32,000 bases of DNA, taken from positions 1,530,001 to 1,562,000 of the forward strand of contig NC_006576.1 of NCBI RefSeq assembly GCF_000010065.1, in the 5' to 3' direction. This stretch comes from Synechococcus elongatus PCC 6301. GTDB taxonomy: Bacteria > Cyanobacteriota > Cyanobacteriia > Synechococcales > Synechococcaceae. Below the pieces are notes generated by a model. It had not been told where the DNA came from. It saw nothing but the letters and a program-made list of their open reading frames with translations, and made no database searches. The translations under genes were made by a program, and so were the position numbers. Positions 8,743-17,577 of the stretch are shown here, piece by piece. Numbering within the stretch: the first letter of the stretch is position 1; each line of letters begins with the position of its first letter.

Positions 8743-8817
8743 GCGCGATCGCTCTTACTGTTGATGGCTCGTGCTTAAAAACAATGCAACCCTAACCGTT
8801 TCAGCTGGTGATTTTCG
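8743..8817 (+). repeat. direct repeat copy B (75 bp), a decayed duplicate of the glgX-3'/HAD-5' junction
   Basis: 72/75 identical to 7976-8050. Its HAD-start remnant reads ATG CAA CCC TAA. It lies 38 nt after the HAD stop. Confidence 0.9.
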
Positions 8818-8964
8818 GACGATTTGGCTTACAGGGATAACTGAGAGTCAACAGCCTCTGTCCGTCATTGCACACCCATCCATGCACTGGGGACTTGACT
8901 CATGCTGAATCACATTTCCCTTGTCCATTGGGCGAGAGGGGAGGGGAATCTTCTGGACTCTTCA

Positions 8965-9666
8965 CTAAGCGGCGATCGCAGGTTCTTCTACCCAAGCAGT
9001 GGCGATCGCTTGATTGCAGTCTTCAATGCTGGCCTCTGCAGCCATCGCCGCCACCAAAGCATCGTAGGCGGGACGTTGTTGCTCCAGTAAAGTCTTCGCC
9101 CGTAACAATCCCCAGCGACTGCGTAAATCCGCTTCGGCAGGATTGCGATCGAGTTGCCGCCACAGTTGTTTCCACTGGGCGCGATCGTCAGCTCCCCCTT
9201 CCACGTTGCCGTAGACCAGTTGCTCTGCCGCTGCACCGGCCATCAACACCTGACACCACTGTTCCAGCGATCGCTGACTGAGTTGCCCCTGTGCGGCTTC
9301 GGCTTCTAGCGCAGCTGCTTGGAACTGCACACCCCCGCGACCAGGTTGTCCTTGGCGCAGCGCTTCCCACGCTGAGAGGGTGTAGCCCGTCACGGGTAAC
9401 CCCAGCGCGGTTGCTACCAAGTAGTGACCCGCTTCGTGATGCAAAATCCGCTGACGATATTCGGGCGATCGCTGCTGAATGCCATCGAGCAGTAACGTGG
9501 CACCCCGCCCCTGCCAAGTCACCGCATCCAGACTGAACAGCACCAAGAGGCTAAAACCCAATCCCGCCGGTAGCAGCGGAGAACTACCCAGCATTGGTCC
9601 CACCAAAGCTAATGCCGTCGTGGTAAAAATCGCGATCGCCGTCAGACTCAAGCCCAGTTCGCTCAT
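8965..9666 (-). CDS. membrane protein with an HEAGH zinc-protease-like motif (FtsH/M41 protease-domain-like, no ATPase domain)
   Basis: Two N-terminal hydrophobic helices, then ILHHEAGHYLVATALG. 233 aa. The start overlaps the stop of the upstream small ORF by 4 nt. Confidence 0.6.
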   Translation of the reverse strand: MSELGLSLTAIAIFTTTALALVGPMLGSSPLLPAGLGFSLLVLFSLDAVTWQGRGATLLLDGIQQRSPEYRQRILHHEAGHYLVATALGLPVTGYTLSAWEALRQGQPGRGGVQFQAAALEAEAAQGQLSQRSLEQWCQVLMAGAAAEQLVYGNVEGGADDRAQWKQLWRQLDRNPAEADLRSRWGLLRAKTLLEQQRPAYDALVAAMAAEASIEDCNQAIATAWVEEPAIAA

Positions 9667-9860
9667 GCTTCCTCATCTAGGTCACAGTCTTCGGCGATCG
9701 CATCGATCTGATGCTGCAGCAAGCGTTTTCCATACCGGCGATCGCGCCGTCGCCCTTTCGCTGCCGTGGCCCGCTTACGAGCTCGTTTATCGACCACGAT
9801 CGCATCCAAATCCGCGATCGCTTCCCAGTCCGGCAATTCAGTCTGGGGCGTCCGTTTCAT
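9663..9860 (-). CDS. small highly charged hypothetical protein (basic core, acidic termini)
   Basis: 65-codon ORF sitting 9 nt after the ABC exporter stop, with a 4-nt overlap onto the downstream gene start. Core sequence is KRARKRATAAKGRRRDRRYGKR. No homology recognised. Confidence 0.45.
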   Translation of the reverse strand: MKRTPQTELPDWEAIADLDAIVVDKRARKRATAAKGRRRDRRYGKRLLQHQIDAIAEDCDLDEEA

Positions 9861-9869
9861 TAATCCTGA

Positions 9870-11651
9870 TCAGGCACGAAATTGCTGTGCGTAGTATCGC
9901 GCATAGCGGCCAGCCTCTGCCAACAGCGCATCGTGATTGCCTGCCTCAACAATCTGGCCGCGCTCCATCACCAAGATGCGGCTGGCATTACGAACCGTAG
10001 CCAGACGGTGAGCAATGATAAAGACCGTCCGTCCCTGCATCACCCGTTCTAGGGCCTCTTGCACCAAGGTTTCGGACTCGGAATCAAGCGCCGAAGTCGC
10101 CTCATCCAGAATTAAAATGCGTGGATCCAGCAAGACCGCGCGGGCGATCGCCAGCCGCTGCCGCTGACCGCCGGAGAGGTTGACGCCGCGCTCTCCCACC
10201 CATGTGTCATAGCCATCGGGCATTTGGCTGATGAATTGATGGGCGTTGGCAATGCGTGCGGCTTCTTCCACGGCAGCGCGATCGAACTGCCTCTGACCAA
10301 AGGCAATGTTCTGGGCAATCGTGCCGGAGAACAGGATTGTCTCTTGGGGGACGATACCGATCTGTCGCCGCAGACTGCCGAGGGTGACACTGCGAATGGG
10401 AATGCCATCCACCAAAATTTCGCCATCCTGCGGGTCGTAGAAACGCGGGATCAGATTGACGAGGGTTGATTTGCCCGCACCTGAAGCCCCAACCAAGGCA
10501 ACCGCTTCACCTGGTTCGACCGTCAGATTGAGTTGGCGCAACACCGGCGCACTGTCGCTGCGATAGCTGAAGCTCACCTGTCGGAATTCCACCTTGCCGG
10601 TAATCGGCGGCAGCATCCGTGACTGGGGATCCTCTTGAACCGCAGGCTCAATGCTCAGCAGTTCATCAATGCGATCAAGGGAAGCCTGCCCCTGCTTGAA
10701 CTCGTTGAAGTTATCGATCAGGTGGACGATCGGGTCAATTAACATGGCGATCGCTGCCACATAGCTGCCCAAATTTGGCCCGTTGAGCTGGCCCGTGGAA
10801 ATCTGCCAACTGCCCAGCACGACAATGAAGAGAATGCTAGCGGCCTGCAGAAAGCCAATGACGGGATATTGAATGGCCCGCAGCCAAGCCGTGCGATAGC
10901 GGGCCTCACGGTTACGCTCGGCCTCGCGGCTGAAGCGCTCGATTTCGTAGGGTTCCGCAGCAAAGGCCCGCACCAGACGAATGCCGCTAAAGACTTCCGT
11001 TAGCAGAGAAGATAAGTTTGAGATCCGCGACTGACTGCGCCGCGGAAACACCAACATTTGCTGCCCAAACCAGCCGACCAAGAAACCCATGATCGGCGCA
11101 ATCACTAGGATCGCCAGCGTCAGCGTCCAGTTCAGATAGATCATGTAGCTGAGCACGACGATCAGCTGCAGGATCGAGGGTGTCGCATCGTGAAAGACCT
11201 TATTGACGACTTCCCCAACGCGATCGATGTCCTCGGTCATCCGGTAGGTGAGGTCGCCAGTTTTGGCCTTCTCGAAGTAGCTGAGGCTCAGGCTTTGGAT
11301 GTGTCGATAGGTATTGACCCGCAGGTTGTAGGCGATCTGAAGCGCCGCCTTCGCCATTAAGGAGTCTTGTCCATACTGAGCAGCTTTATGGATGAGGAAG
11401 CCGACGATCGTGATCGCTGCCAGCCGTGCCAGTTCCCATACTTTTCCCTGTACCAGCAGATTGACCATCTGGCCTGCCAAGAAAGCCAAGATCGGCCAAA
11501 ATGCCGTGAAGACCAGCGTACAGAGCAAGGCCTGAACAATGGTCTTCGTTTGGGGCCGCAGATAAGGCCAAAGGAGGTTGTAGCTGGCGTGCTTCTGCAA
11601 GGAGGTTGAGGAGAACACGGGGTCACGTCTCAACCTATCAGACCTCGGCAC
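9870..11651 (-). CDS. ABC exporter, fused permease/ATPase (ABCB/MsbA-like)
   Basis: Six-helix N-terminal TMD, Walker A GASGAGKST, signature LSGGQRQR, Walker B ILILDEATSALD. GTG start at 11651; the start is not certain. Confidence 0.9.
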   Translation of the reverse strand: MPRSDRLRRDPVFSSTSLQKHASYNLLWPYLRPQTKTIVQALLCTLVFTAFWPILAFLAGQMVNLLVQGKVWELARLAAITIVGFLIHKAAQYGQDSLMAKAALQIAYNLRVNTYRHIQSLSLSYFEKAKTGDLTYRMTEDIDRVGEVVNKVFHDATPSILQLIVVLSYMIYLNWTLTLAILVIAPIMGFLVGWFGQQMLVFPRRSQSRISNLSSLLTEVFSGIRLVRAFAAEPYEIERFSREAERNREARYRTAWLRAIQYPVIGFLQAASILFIVVLGSWQISTGQLNGPNLGSYVAAIAMLIDPIVHLIDNFNEFKQGQASLDRIDELLSIEPAVQEDPQSRMLPPITGKVEFRQVSFSYRSDSAPVLRQLNLTVEPGEAVALVGASGAGKSTLVNLIPRFYDPQDGEILVDGIPIRSVTLGSLRRQIGIVPQETILFSGTIAQNIAFGQRQFDRAAVEEAARIANAHQFISQMPDGYDTWVGERGVNLSGGQRQRLAIARAVLLDPRILILDEATSALDSESETLVQEALERVMQGRTVFIIAHRLATVRNASRILVMERGQIVEAGNHDALLAEAGRYARYYAQQFRA

Positions 11652-11686
11652 TCTAGGATGGAAGCGATCGCACTTGAATCAAGCCT

Positions 11687-11896
11687 GTGGGCACGGAAAC
11701 CGCGACAATTCGCCTCGATCAGTTTCTGAAATGGATGGGAGCCGCCCAAACGGGGGGCGAAGCCAAACTTTACATCCAAGACGGCCAAGTTGAGGTCAGT
11801 GGCATGGTAGAAACTCGCCGAGGCCGTCAACTACGGGAGGGCGATCGCGTTAATTTTGCCGGTCAGGTCTTCTTGGTACCACCACTCCCCCACTAG
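11687..11896 (+). CDS. S4-domain RNA-binding protein (YbcJ-like, ribosome-associated)
   Basis: IRLDQFLKWMGAAQTGGEAKLYIQDGQVEVSGMVETRRGRQLREGDRV matches the small S4-like YbcJ family pattern. 69 aa, GTG start. Confidence 0.8.
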   Translation: MGTETATIRLDQFLKWMGAAQTGGEAKLYIQDGQVEVSGMVETRRGRQLREGDRVNFAGQVFLVPPLPH

Positions 11897-12011
11897 CACG
11901 CAGCAATCGCTCGAGGGCGCGGCCTAGGATGAAGGGACTCTCAGCCCCGAGTCGACCGACCAAGGTGGCTCTGGCTTCGAGCTGAGACCGCAGCCCTCCA
12001 ACTGGGATCCT

Positions 12012-13235
12012 ATGAGCGTCGATTGGTCTGAAAGCCTCTCAATGGCGGTCAAAACTCTGCGAGCCAATCGGCTGCGCAGCGCTCTGACCATGCTGGGCAT
12101 CATCATCGGCAACGCCTCGGTGATCACGATGGTGGGTGTTGGGCAAGGGGCACAACGCCTAGCATCAGAGCAATTCGAGTCCTTGGGGCCGAATGTACTG
12201 TTCATCGTGCCGGGCAACCAAGATACGCGGCGCGGCGGCTTGGATATTCCCAAAACCTTGGTTTTGGCTGATGCCGTGGCGATCGCGACTCAAGTACCAA
12301 CCGCCGGCGAAGTCGCCCCCCAAGTCAGTACCCGCCAGTTGGTGACCTACCAAGGCGAATCGAGCACCACCCAAGTCTTTGGCGTGACGCCTAGCTTCTT
12401 GACGGTGCGGAGTTTTAGCGTGGCGCGGGGCCGCTTCTTTAGTGATCTCGATCTCAGTCGGGCGGAACAGGTCGCCGTTCTGGGGAGCGACCTAGCGATA
12501 AAGCTGTTTGGCGTCCAAAATCCCGTCGGGGCCAGCATCCGCATCAAGGGAGCCTCCTTCCGCGTCATTGGCGTGATGGAACCCAAGGGTAGCTTTTTGG
12601 GCAATAACCAAGATGATGCGGTCTACTTGCCCTTGACCACGGTTTCCAGTCGCATTCTCGGCACCACTTCGCCCTACGGCATTGAAGTCAGCTTTATCTC
12701 CGTCGCGGCCAAGGATGCCAACAGCATTGATGCGGCACAGTTTCAAATCACCAACCTGCTACGGCAGCGGCACCGGATTATCCGCGAGGATGATTTTGAG
12801 GTGCGATCGCAAAAGGATGTCTTGACGATTGTGGGCACCGTCACCAATGGCCTCACCCTGATGCTGTCTGCGATCGCCGGTATTTCCCTGTTGGTCGGCG
12901 GCATCGGCATCATGAACATCATGCTGGTCTCCGTCTCGGAGCGCACCCAAGAAATTGGCCTGCGCAAAGCGATCGGGGCGACCCAAAAAGACATCCTCAA
13001 TCAGTTCATGATCGAGGCCGTGATTTTGGCCCTGCTAGGCGGTGCGATCGGCACTGGGTTGGGCATTACTGGCGTCACTGCGATCGCCCTACTTACCCCG
13101 CTCAAAGCCGGCGTTTCTCCCGTGGCGATCGCGATCACCGTCACGATTTCCAGCGGTATCGGCCTGTTCTTCGGCGTCGTGCCAGCCCGCCAAGCCGCAC
13201 GTCTCGACCCGATCGTGGCGCTACGCAGCGCCTAG
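12012..13235 (+). CDS. ABC transporter permease, MacB/DevC-type (MacB periplasmic domain plus FtsX domain)
   Basis: N-terminal LRANRLRSALTMLGIIIGNASVI and C-terminal FtsX-type helices with ERTQEIGLRKAIGA. 407 aa. Confidence 0.85.
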   Translation: MSVDWSESLSMAVKTLRANRLRSALTMLGIIIGNASVITMVGVGQGAQRLASEQFESLGPNVLFIVPGNQDTRRGGLDIPKTLVLADAVAIATQVPTAGEVAPQVSTRQLVTYQGESSTTQVFGVTPSFLTVRSFSVARGRFFSDLDLSRAEQVAVLGSDLAIKLFGVQNPVGASIRIKGASFRVIGVMEPKGSFLGNNQDDAVYLPLTTVSSRILGTTSPYGIEVSFISVAAKDANSIDAAQFQITNLLRQRHRIIREDDFEVRSQKDVLTIVGTVTNGLTLMLSAIAGISLLVGGIGIMNIMLVSVSERTQEIGLRKAIGATQKDILNQFMIEAVILALLGGAIGTGLGITGVTAIALLTPLKAGVSPVAIAITVTISSGIGLFFGVVPARQAARLDPIVALRSA

Positions 13236-13298
13236 GGCGGTGGCATTCCTCGGCAGAAGGCGAGACAATGGCAGCAGCGATCGCTCGGTTCTCTGAAA

Positions 13299-13745
13299 AT
13301 GAACAGCTGCATTTTGCAAGCCACCGTGGTGGAAGCCCCGCAACTGCGCTACACCCAAGATAATCAGACCCCCGTTGCAGAAATGGTCGTGCAGTTTCCG
13401 GGGCTTAGCAGCAAAGATGCCCCCGCTCGGCTGAAAGTTGTCGGTTGGGGTGCGGTGGCGCAAGAGCTGCAAGATCGCTGTCGGCTCAATGACGAAGTCG
13501 TGCTCGAAGGGCGCTTGCGGATCAACTCCTTGCTCAAACCCGACGGCAATCGCGAGAAGCAGACAGAATTGACAGTGACTCGGGTGCACCATCTCACTCT
13601 CGATAGCGCCACCGGCATTCTGGCTCAAGAGGAGTCAGAGGTGAGCTATGGCCGCAGCGCTGCTGCTTCAGCGCCCGTCAAAGCGAGTCCAGTTGTGACC
13701 CCAACTGCAGCACCCGACGTAGACTACGACGATATTCCTTTCTAG
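13299..13745 (+). CDS. ssb: single-stranded DNA-binding protein
   Basis: OB-fold N-terminus (ILQATVVEAPQLRYTQDNQTPVAEM), a low-complexity linker and the canonical acidic tip DYDDIPF. Confidence 0.9.
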   Translation: MNSCILQATVVEAPQLRYTQDNQTPVAEMVVQFPGLSSKDAPARLKVVGWGAVAQELQDRCRLNDEVVLEGRLRINSLLKPDGNREKQTELTVTRVHHLTLDSATGILAQEESEVSYGRSAAASAPVKASPVVTPTAAPDVDYDDIPF

Positions 13746-13819
13746 ATCGCTCCAGTCTGAGCCCATCGTCAGCGATCGCTCAGAGCTCAGCCCGATCGTG
13801 GTTGTCGTCTGCAACTTTC

Positions 13820-14269
13820 ATGGCACAGTATCAGCAAATTCTGCAGCTTCAGAGCCAAGGCCAAGGCTTCCTCAATATCACTGGGGCGATCGCTCGCATC
13901 GTGCGCGAGTCTCGGATTCAGACGGGCCTCTGTCATCTCTTTACTCGGCACACTTCAGCCAGCCTGATCATTCAAGAAAACGCTGACCCCGATGTACTGC
14001 ACGATCTGGCCGGCTACTTCGAAGCGCTAGTTCCTGAAGCGGGCTACGAATCGTTGGGCGGAAGTCGTCGCTTCCGCGCCTATGCCCACAGCGCCGAAGG
14101 CCCTGATGATATGCCGGCCCACATTCGCACTGTACTAACTCGCACCTCTGAGCAAATTCCGATCGTCGAAGGTCGCTTGGGATTGGGCACTTGGCAAGCT
14201 GTCTATCTCTGGGAGCATCGCGATCGCCCCCACAGCCGCCAAGTGATTGTCCATATCAGCGGCGACTAG
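13820..14269 (+). CDS. YjbQ/UPF0047 family protein (secondary thiamine-phosphate synthase-like)
   Basis: LCHLFTRHTSASLIIQENADPDV and PAHIRTVLTRTSEQIPIVEGRLGLGTWQAVYLWEHR are typical of YjbQ. ATG at 13820 is preferred to TTG at 13802. Confidence 0.85.
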   Translation: MAQYQQILQLQSQGQGFLNITGAIARIVRESRIQTGLCHLFTRHTSASLIIQENADPDVLHDLAGYFEALVPEAGYESLGGSRRFRAYAHSAEGPDDMPAHIRTVLTRTSEQIPIVEGRLGLGTWQAVYLWEHRDRPHSRQVIVHISGD

Positions 14270-14955
14270 GGCAGCAGCGATCGCAACTGACTAGCGGTCA
14301 CCGGTACGGCAATGACCACCGACAGGGCCGCCGCGATCGGGGCTGCCATCACTTCAATCTCCGCCGCTGTCAGCTCGGATTCTCCCTGCAACACCGCCTG
14401 AAAACGATCAGTAATTGCCGGGTTTAAAGAGGGAAAAGCAGCGATCAACTGACGGTGCAACGCCTGCTCAGTTTTGCCCGACTCGCGGACTTCATCGGCA
14501 ACCAAGGTACGAAGATAGCGGCCAAACCAAGAAATTGGCTGCTCAGGCTGCACCGATCGCACAGAAACATGTTGACCTTCGAGGGCGCTAGCCAACTTCT
14601 GAAGCTGAAGTTGCAAATCCTCGATCAACTCCGAGGGCTGAGTTACATCGCTCTGGTTCTCTTCACCCACCAAGGCTTGATCGAAATCATCCAGCGACAA
14701 GCCACACAGATGAGCAATCTGCCGAATCAGACTCCAGCGAATATCCCAAGGATCAATTTCTGCATTCTCGTACTTATTAATCAGGGTCGGTGAAACACCT
14801 AACAACTGAGATAGTTTCCGTTTTGAAAGGCTGCCAATCGAGAGACCTGTGATCTCAGTTGCTTGCTGATAAGCAGCGGCGCGAAGCTGTTGCAGCAGAT
14901 GGGCAAGACGCAGTGCCCGTTGCGCTGCTTCAGCTTCAAACTCGGTAGGGGCCAT
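14266..14955 (-). CDS. XRE-type helix-turn-helix protein with an unknown C-terminal domain
   Basis: HTH segment LSKRKLSQLLGVSPTLINKYENAEIDP. 229 aa. Its stop overlaps the yjbQ stop within CTAG at 14266-14269. Confidence 0.6.
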   Translation of the reverse strand: MAPTEFEAEAAQRALRLAHLLQQLRAAAYQQATEITGLSIGSLSKRKLSQLLGVSPTLINKYENAEIDPWDIRWSLIRQIAHLCGLSLDDFDQALVGEENQSDVTQPSELIEDLQLQLQKLASALEGQHVSVRSVQPEQPISWFGRYLRTLVADEVRESGKTEQALHRQLIAAFPSLNPAITDRFQAVLQGESELTAAEIEVMAAPIAAALSVVIAVPVTASQLRSLLP

Positions 14956-14992
14956 TGCTTAGTCTCAGAAGTAACTTCTCTCAGCCTAAGCA
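14956..14992. promoter_or_regulatory. nested palindrome abutting the XRE gene start codon (candidate operator or RNA hairpin)
   Basis: Outer arms are TGCTTAG (14956-14962) and CTAAGCA (14986-14992). The inner perfect palindrome is AGAAGT-A-ACTTCT (14967-14979). Confidence 0.3.
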
Positions 14993-15030
14993 GAATAGAA
15001 CCATTTATGGCAAGCCTGCAACTAGGAACG

Positions 15031-15792
15031 TTATTGTTGGGCAGCAAACCAGCGCCTTAGCATTAAAGTTAACTCACCACTGTCTCTTAAGCGACGGATT
15101 TCACGATTGAATCGATCACGGTAGGGCGACCCTTTGGGAAAGGCGATCGCGTAGCGTTCTTGCGTTGCACCATTCAGTTTTTGAACAACAAGCTGAGCAT
15201 TATCTTGGGCGAAAATTGCTGCAACCACAGATTCCACAAGGGCGATATCAACTTCACGTGTTGTTAATGCTTTTAACAAAGCCGTGACATCAACATAACT
15301 TTTAGTTTGCAAAGTTGGATAACGAGTTTTGAGCTGGGCTGCCCGTTGGGCCTGGACCGTCCCTTGGAGATAGCCCAGTCTCAATCCAGACAGATTTTGA
15401 TCGGCCGGCAGCAATCGCGAATTAAGCGTCACTAAGCTGTCTTGGGCTTCGAAATAGGGTTCCGAGAAGTCTACCCGCTGGGCTCGCTCAGGGGTAATTG
15501 AAATCGCCGCGATCGCTAGATCGCCCTGTCCAGCCATCAAATTCGGCAAGAGCTGTTCGAAGGAACCCACCTGAAACTGAATTTTTAACCCTAGATTGCG
15601 GGCGATCGTTTCGGCGAGTTCAATATCAAAGCCGTATACCCCAGGGCGATCGGTAGTTTCTTCGATGCGAAACTCAAAGGGCGGATAGTTATCCGTCGTC
15701 AGGGCGCGGAGCGTTTGCGCTAGGGCTGCAGCACTGTAGCTCAGCCCCAGGCCCAGCGTCAGCAGGCCAGCCGTGAAGGGCGAAAGTCGCAT
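15031..15792 (-). CDS. amino-acid ABC transporter substrate-binding protein (SBP family 3)
   Basis: Signal peptide MRLSPFTAGLLTLGLGLSYSAAALA, then a PBP2-like layout (YPPFEF ... GFDIELAE ... DLAIAAISITPER). 253 aa. Confidence 0.85.
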   Translation of the reverse strand: MRLSPFTAGLLTLGLGLSYSAAALAQTLRALTTDNYPPFEFRIEETTDRPGVYGFDIELAETIARNLGLKIQFQVGSFEQLLPNLMAGQGDLAIAAISITPERAQRVDFSEPYFEAQDSLVTLNSRLLPADQNLSGLRLGYLQGTVQAQRAAQLKTRYPTLQTKSYVDVTALLKALTTREVDIALVESVVAAIFAQDNAQLVVQKLNGATQERYAIAFPKGSPYRDRFNREIRRLRDSGELTLMLRRWFAAQQ

Positions 15793-15794
15793 CC

Positions 15795-17120
15795 CTAGGA
15801 CTCCAAGTCAGCGATCTCTTTAACCAAGGCAGCACTCAAAACCTCAGGGCCATCAGCCTGAACGAGCACATCGTCTTCAATACGAATGCCAATACCCCGC
15901 CAGCGCTCCGGCACCTCGGGTTGACCTTCCGCCACCGCGATCGTCGGTGAGATGTACAGTCCCGGTTCAACCGTCACGACATGCCCCGGGGCCAAGGTTG
16001 TCCAGCTGTCGCGGTACTGGTAGGTGCCGACATCATGGACATCCAAACCCAGCCAGTGTCCGGTGCGATGCATGTAAAAGGGGCGATAGGCTCCCGTTTC
16101 GTAGAGTTCTGCCGGATCGCCTTGGAGTAACCCCAGATCCAAAAGGCCCTCGATTAAGGTGCGCACGGCAGCCTCGTGGAAGTTGCCGTAAGGGGCACCC
16201 ACTTGGACTGCCGCGATCGCCTGTTTCTGGGCCTCCAATACGATCGCGTAGAGGGCCCGTTGTTCGTCGCTAAAGCGGCCATTGACAGGAAACGTCCGGG
16301 TCAAATCGGAGTTGTAATAGCCGGTGCTGCAACCCGCATCGATCAGCAGCAGATCACCATCCTGCAGCTGTTGGTTGTTGTCGATGTAGTGGAGGATGCA
16401 GGCATTGGCACCCGTCGCCACAATCGAGGGATAGGCTGCCCCCTGGGCACCCCGCTGCCGGAAGCAGCCTTCGATCGCAGCTTCCACTTCGTATTCCCAG
16501 ACGCCCGGTGCGGCGATCGCCCGTGCCCGATCGTGAGCTTCAACGGCGATCGCGATCGCCTGACGCAGTTGCTCAACTTCCGCCGGACTTTTGACTTGGC
16601 GCAACCCATGCAGCAGCGGCCCCGGATCTGCGATCCCTGTAGGGCCGTAGCCCCGCCGCGGATAGAGCGCTAGTTGCTGCTGGTAGAACTGCAGCATTCG
16701 TTCGTTGAAAGCGCGATCGCGACCGAGGTGGTAGTAGAGACGATCGCCGGTTTCGAGCAGCTTGGGCAGTTCTTTGTCGAGATCCGCGATCGAAAAGACC
16801 GCGTCAGCCCCCAGCTTTTCCTTTGCTCCTTCAACACCGAGCCGGTAACCAACCCAGGTTTCTTGAGCGGGGTCTCGGGGCCGCACGAACAGCACAAATT
16901 TGTGCTCATGGTTGGGCGCCAACACCGCGATCGATTCGGGCTCATCCAGTCCGGTGAGGTAGTAGAAGTCGCTGTCTTGGCGATAGCGATACTCCACATC
17001 GTTGTGCATCACGGCATGGGGAGCACTGCGGAAAACCGCTACTCCAGACCCGATTTTGCTGAGGAGTTGTTCACGGCGTTGAACAAATTCGGAAAGGGCT
17101 ATAGCCACAACAGGACGCAA
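15795..17120 (-). CDS. pepP: Xaa-Pro aminopeptidase (M24B)
   Basis: AMP_N-type N-terminus (FRQDSDFYYLTG-like: YRYRQDSDFYYLTGL). M24 metal motifs DLLLIDAG, HRTGHWLGLDVHD, TVEPGLY, GIRIEDD. Confidence 0.9.
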   Translation of the reverse strand: MRPVVAIALSEFVQRREQLLSKIGSGVAVFRSAPHAVMHNDVEYRYRQDSDFYYLTGLDEPESIAVLAPNHEHKFVLFVRPRDPAQETWVGYRLGVEGAKEKLGADAVFSIADLDKELPKLLETGDRLYYHLGRDRAFNERMLQFYQQQLALYPRRGYGPTGIADPGPLLHGLRQVKSPAEVEQLRQAIAIAVEAHDRARAIAAPGVWEYEVEAAIEGCFRQRGAQGAAYPSIVATGANACILHYIDNNQQLQDGDLLLIDAGCSTGYYNSDLTRTFPVNGRFSDEQRALYAIVLEAQKQAIAAVQVGAPYGNFHEAAVRTLIEGLLDLGLLQGDPAELYETGAYRPFYMHRTGHWLGLDVHDVGTYQYRDSWTTLAPGHVVTVEPGLYISPTIAVAEGQPEVPERWRGIGIRIEDDVLVQADGPEVLSAALVKEIADLES

Positions 17121-17292
17121 CGGTGCACGGCAGGATTTGACGCCAGCATATCAGAGCCGATTTTGCGTCGTGGAAACTGGTGGATCCAAGGCAACGATCC
17201 CGCGCAGCATCGAAATTTTCGGAATGATGCATCCAATCGCGCTGTTGGTCCGTAACCCCTGTAGTGACCCACTGACTCCTCCGAACAGACCC

Positions 17293-17577
17293 ATGCTGCA
17301 GATTCACCTCCGGAGCTTGAATTACGGAACGGTTGTGATCTCCACCCAGGCGACGGCAACCCAAGCAGCCCCGCTCGAACTGACAGGCCACACCCCAGCC
17401 CGCAAAGTTCTTCAGACTTTGCTGCGACTGATCTTTCCGCAGCTCCAAGCTCGCAGCAGCGAACTGAAGATGATCTGCACGAACAACCCCCTCTTTCAGT
17501 ACTGGTTTCAAGTCGAAGCGATCATCGAAGCGGGGTCAGGCATGACACGGACGGAAGTCCCTTGCCTTTCCCGTTAG
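17293..17577 (+). CDS. hypothetical protein (weak call; alternative starts at 17137 and 17224)
   Basis: The only plausible ORF in the 566-bp pepP-ispH gap. Its third-codon positions are GC-rich like neighbouring genes. An equally long antisense ORF exists (17071-17511). No homology recognised. Confidence 0.3.
   Translation: MLQIHLRSLNYGTVVISTQATATQAAPLELTGHTPARKVLQTLLRLIFPQLQARSSELKMICTNNPLFQYWFQVEAIIEAGSGMTRTEVPCLSR

Noticed and set aside
17071-17511. 146-codon minus-strand ORF in the pepP-ispH gap as a real gene.
   Set aside because: It overlaps the pepP start by 50 nt, its composition is rich in Cys/Trp/Arg, and it mirrors the more plausible plus-strand ORF. It is not excluded, only disfavoured.
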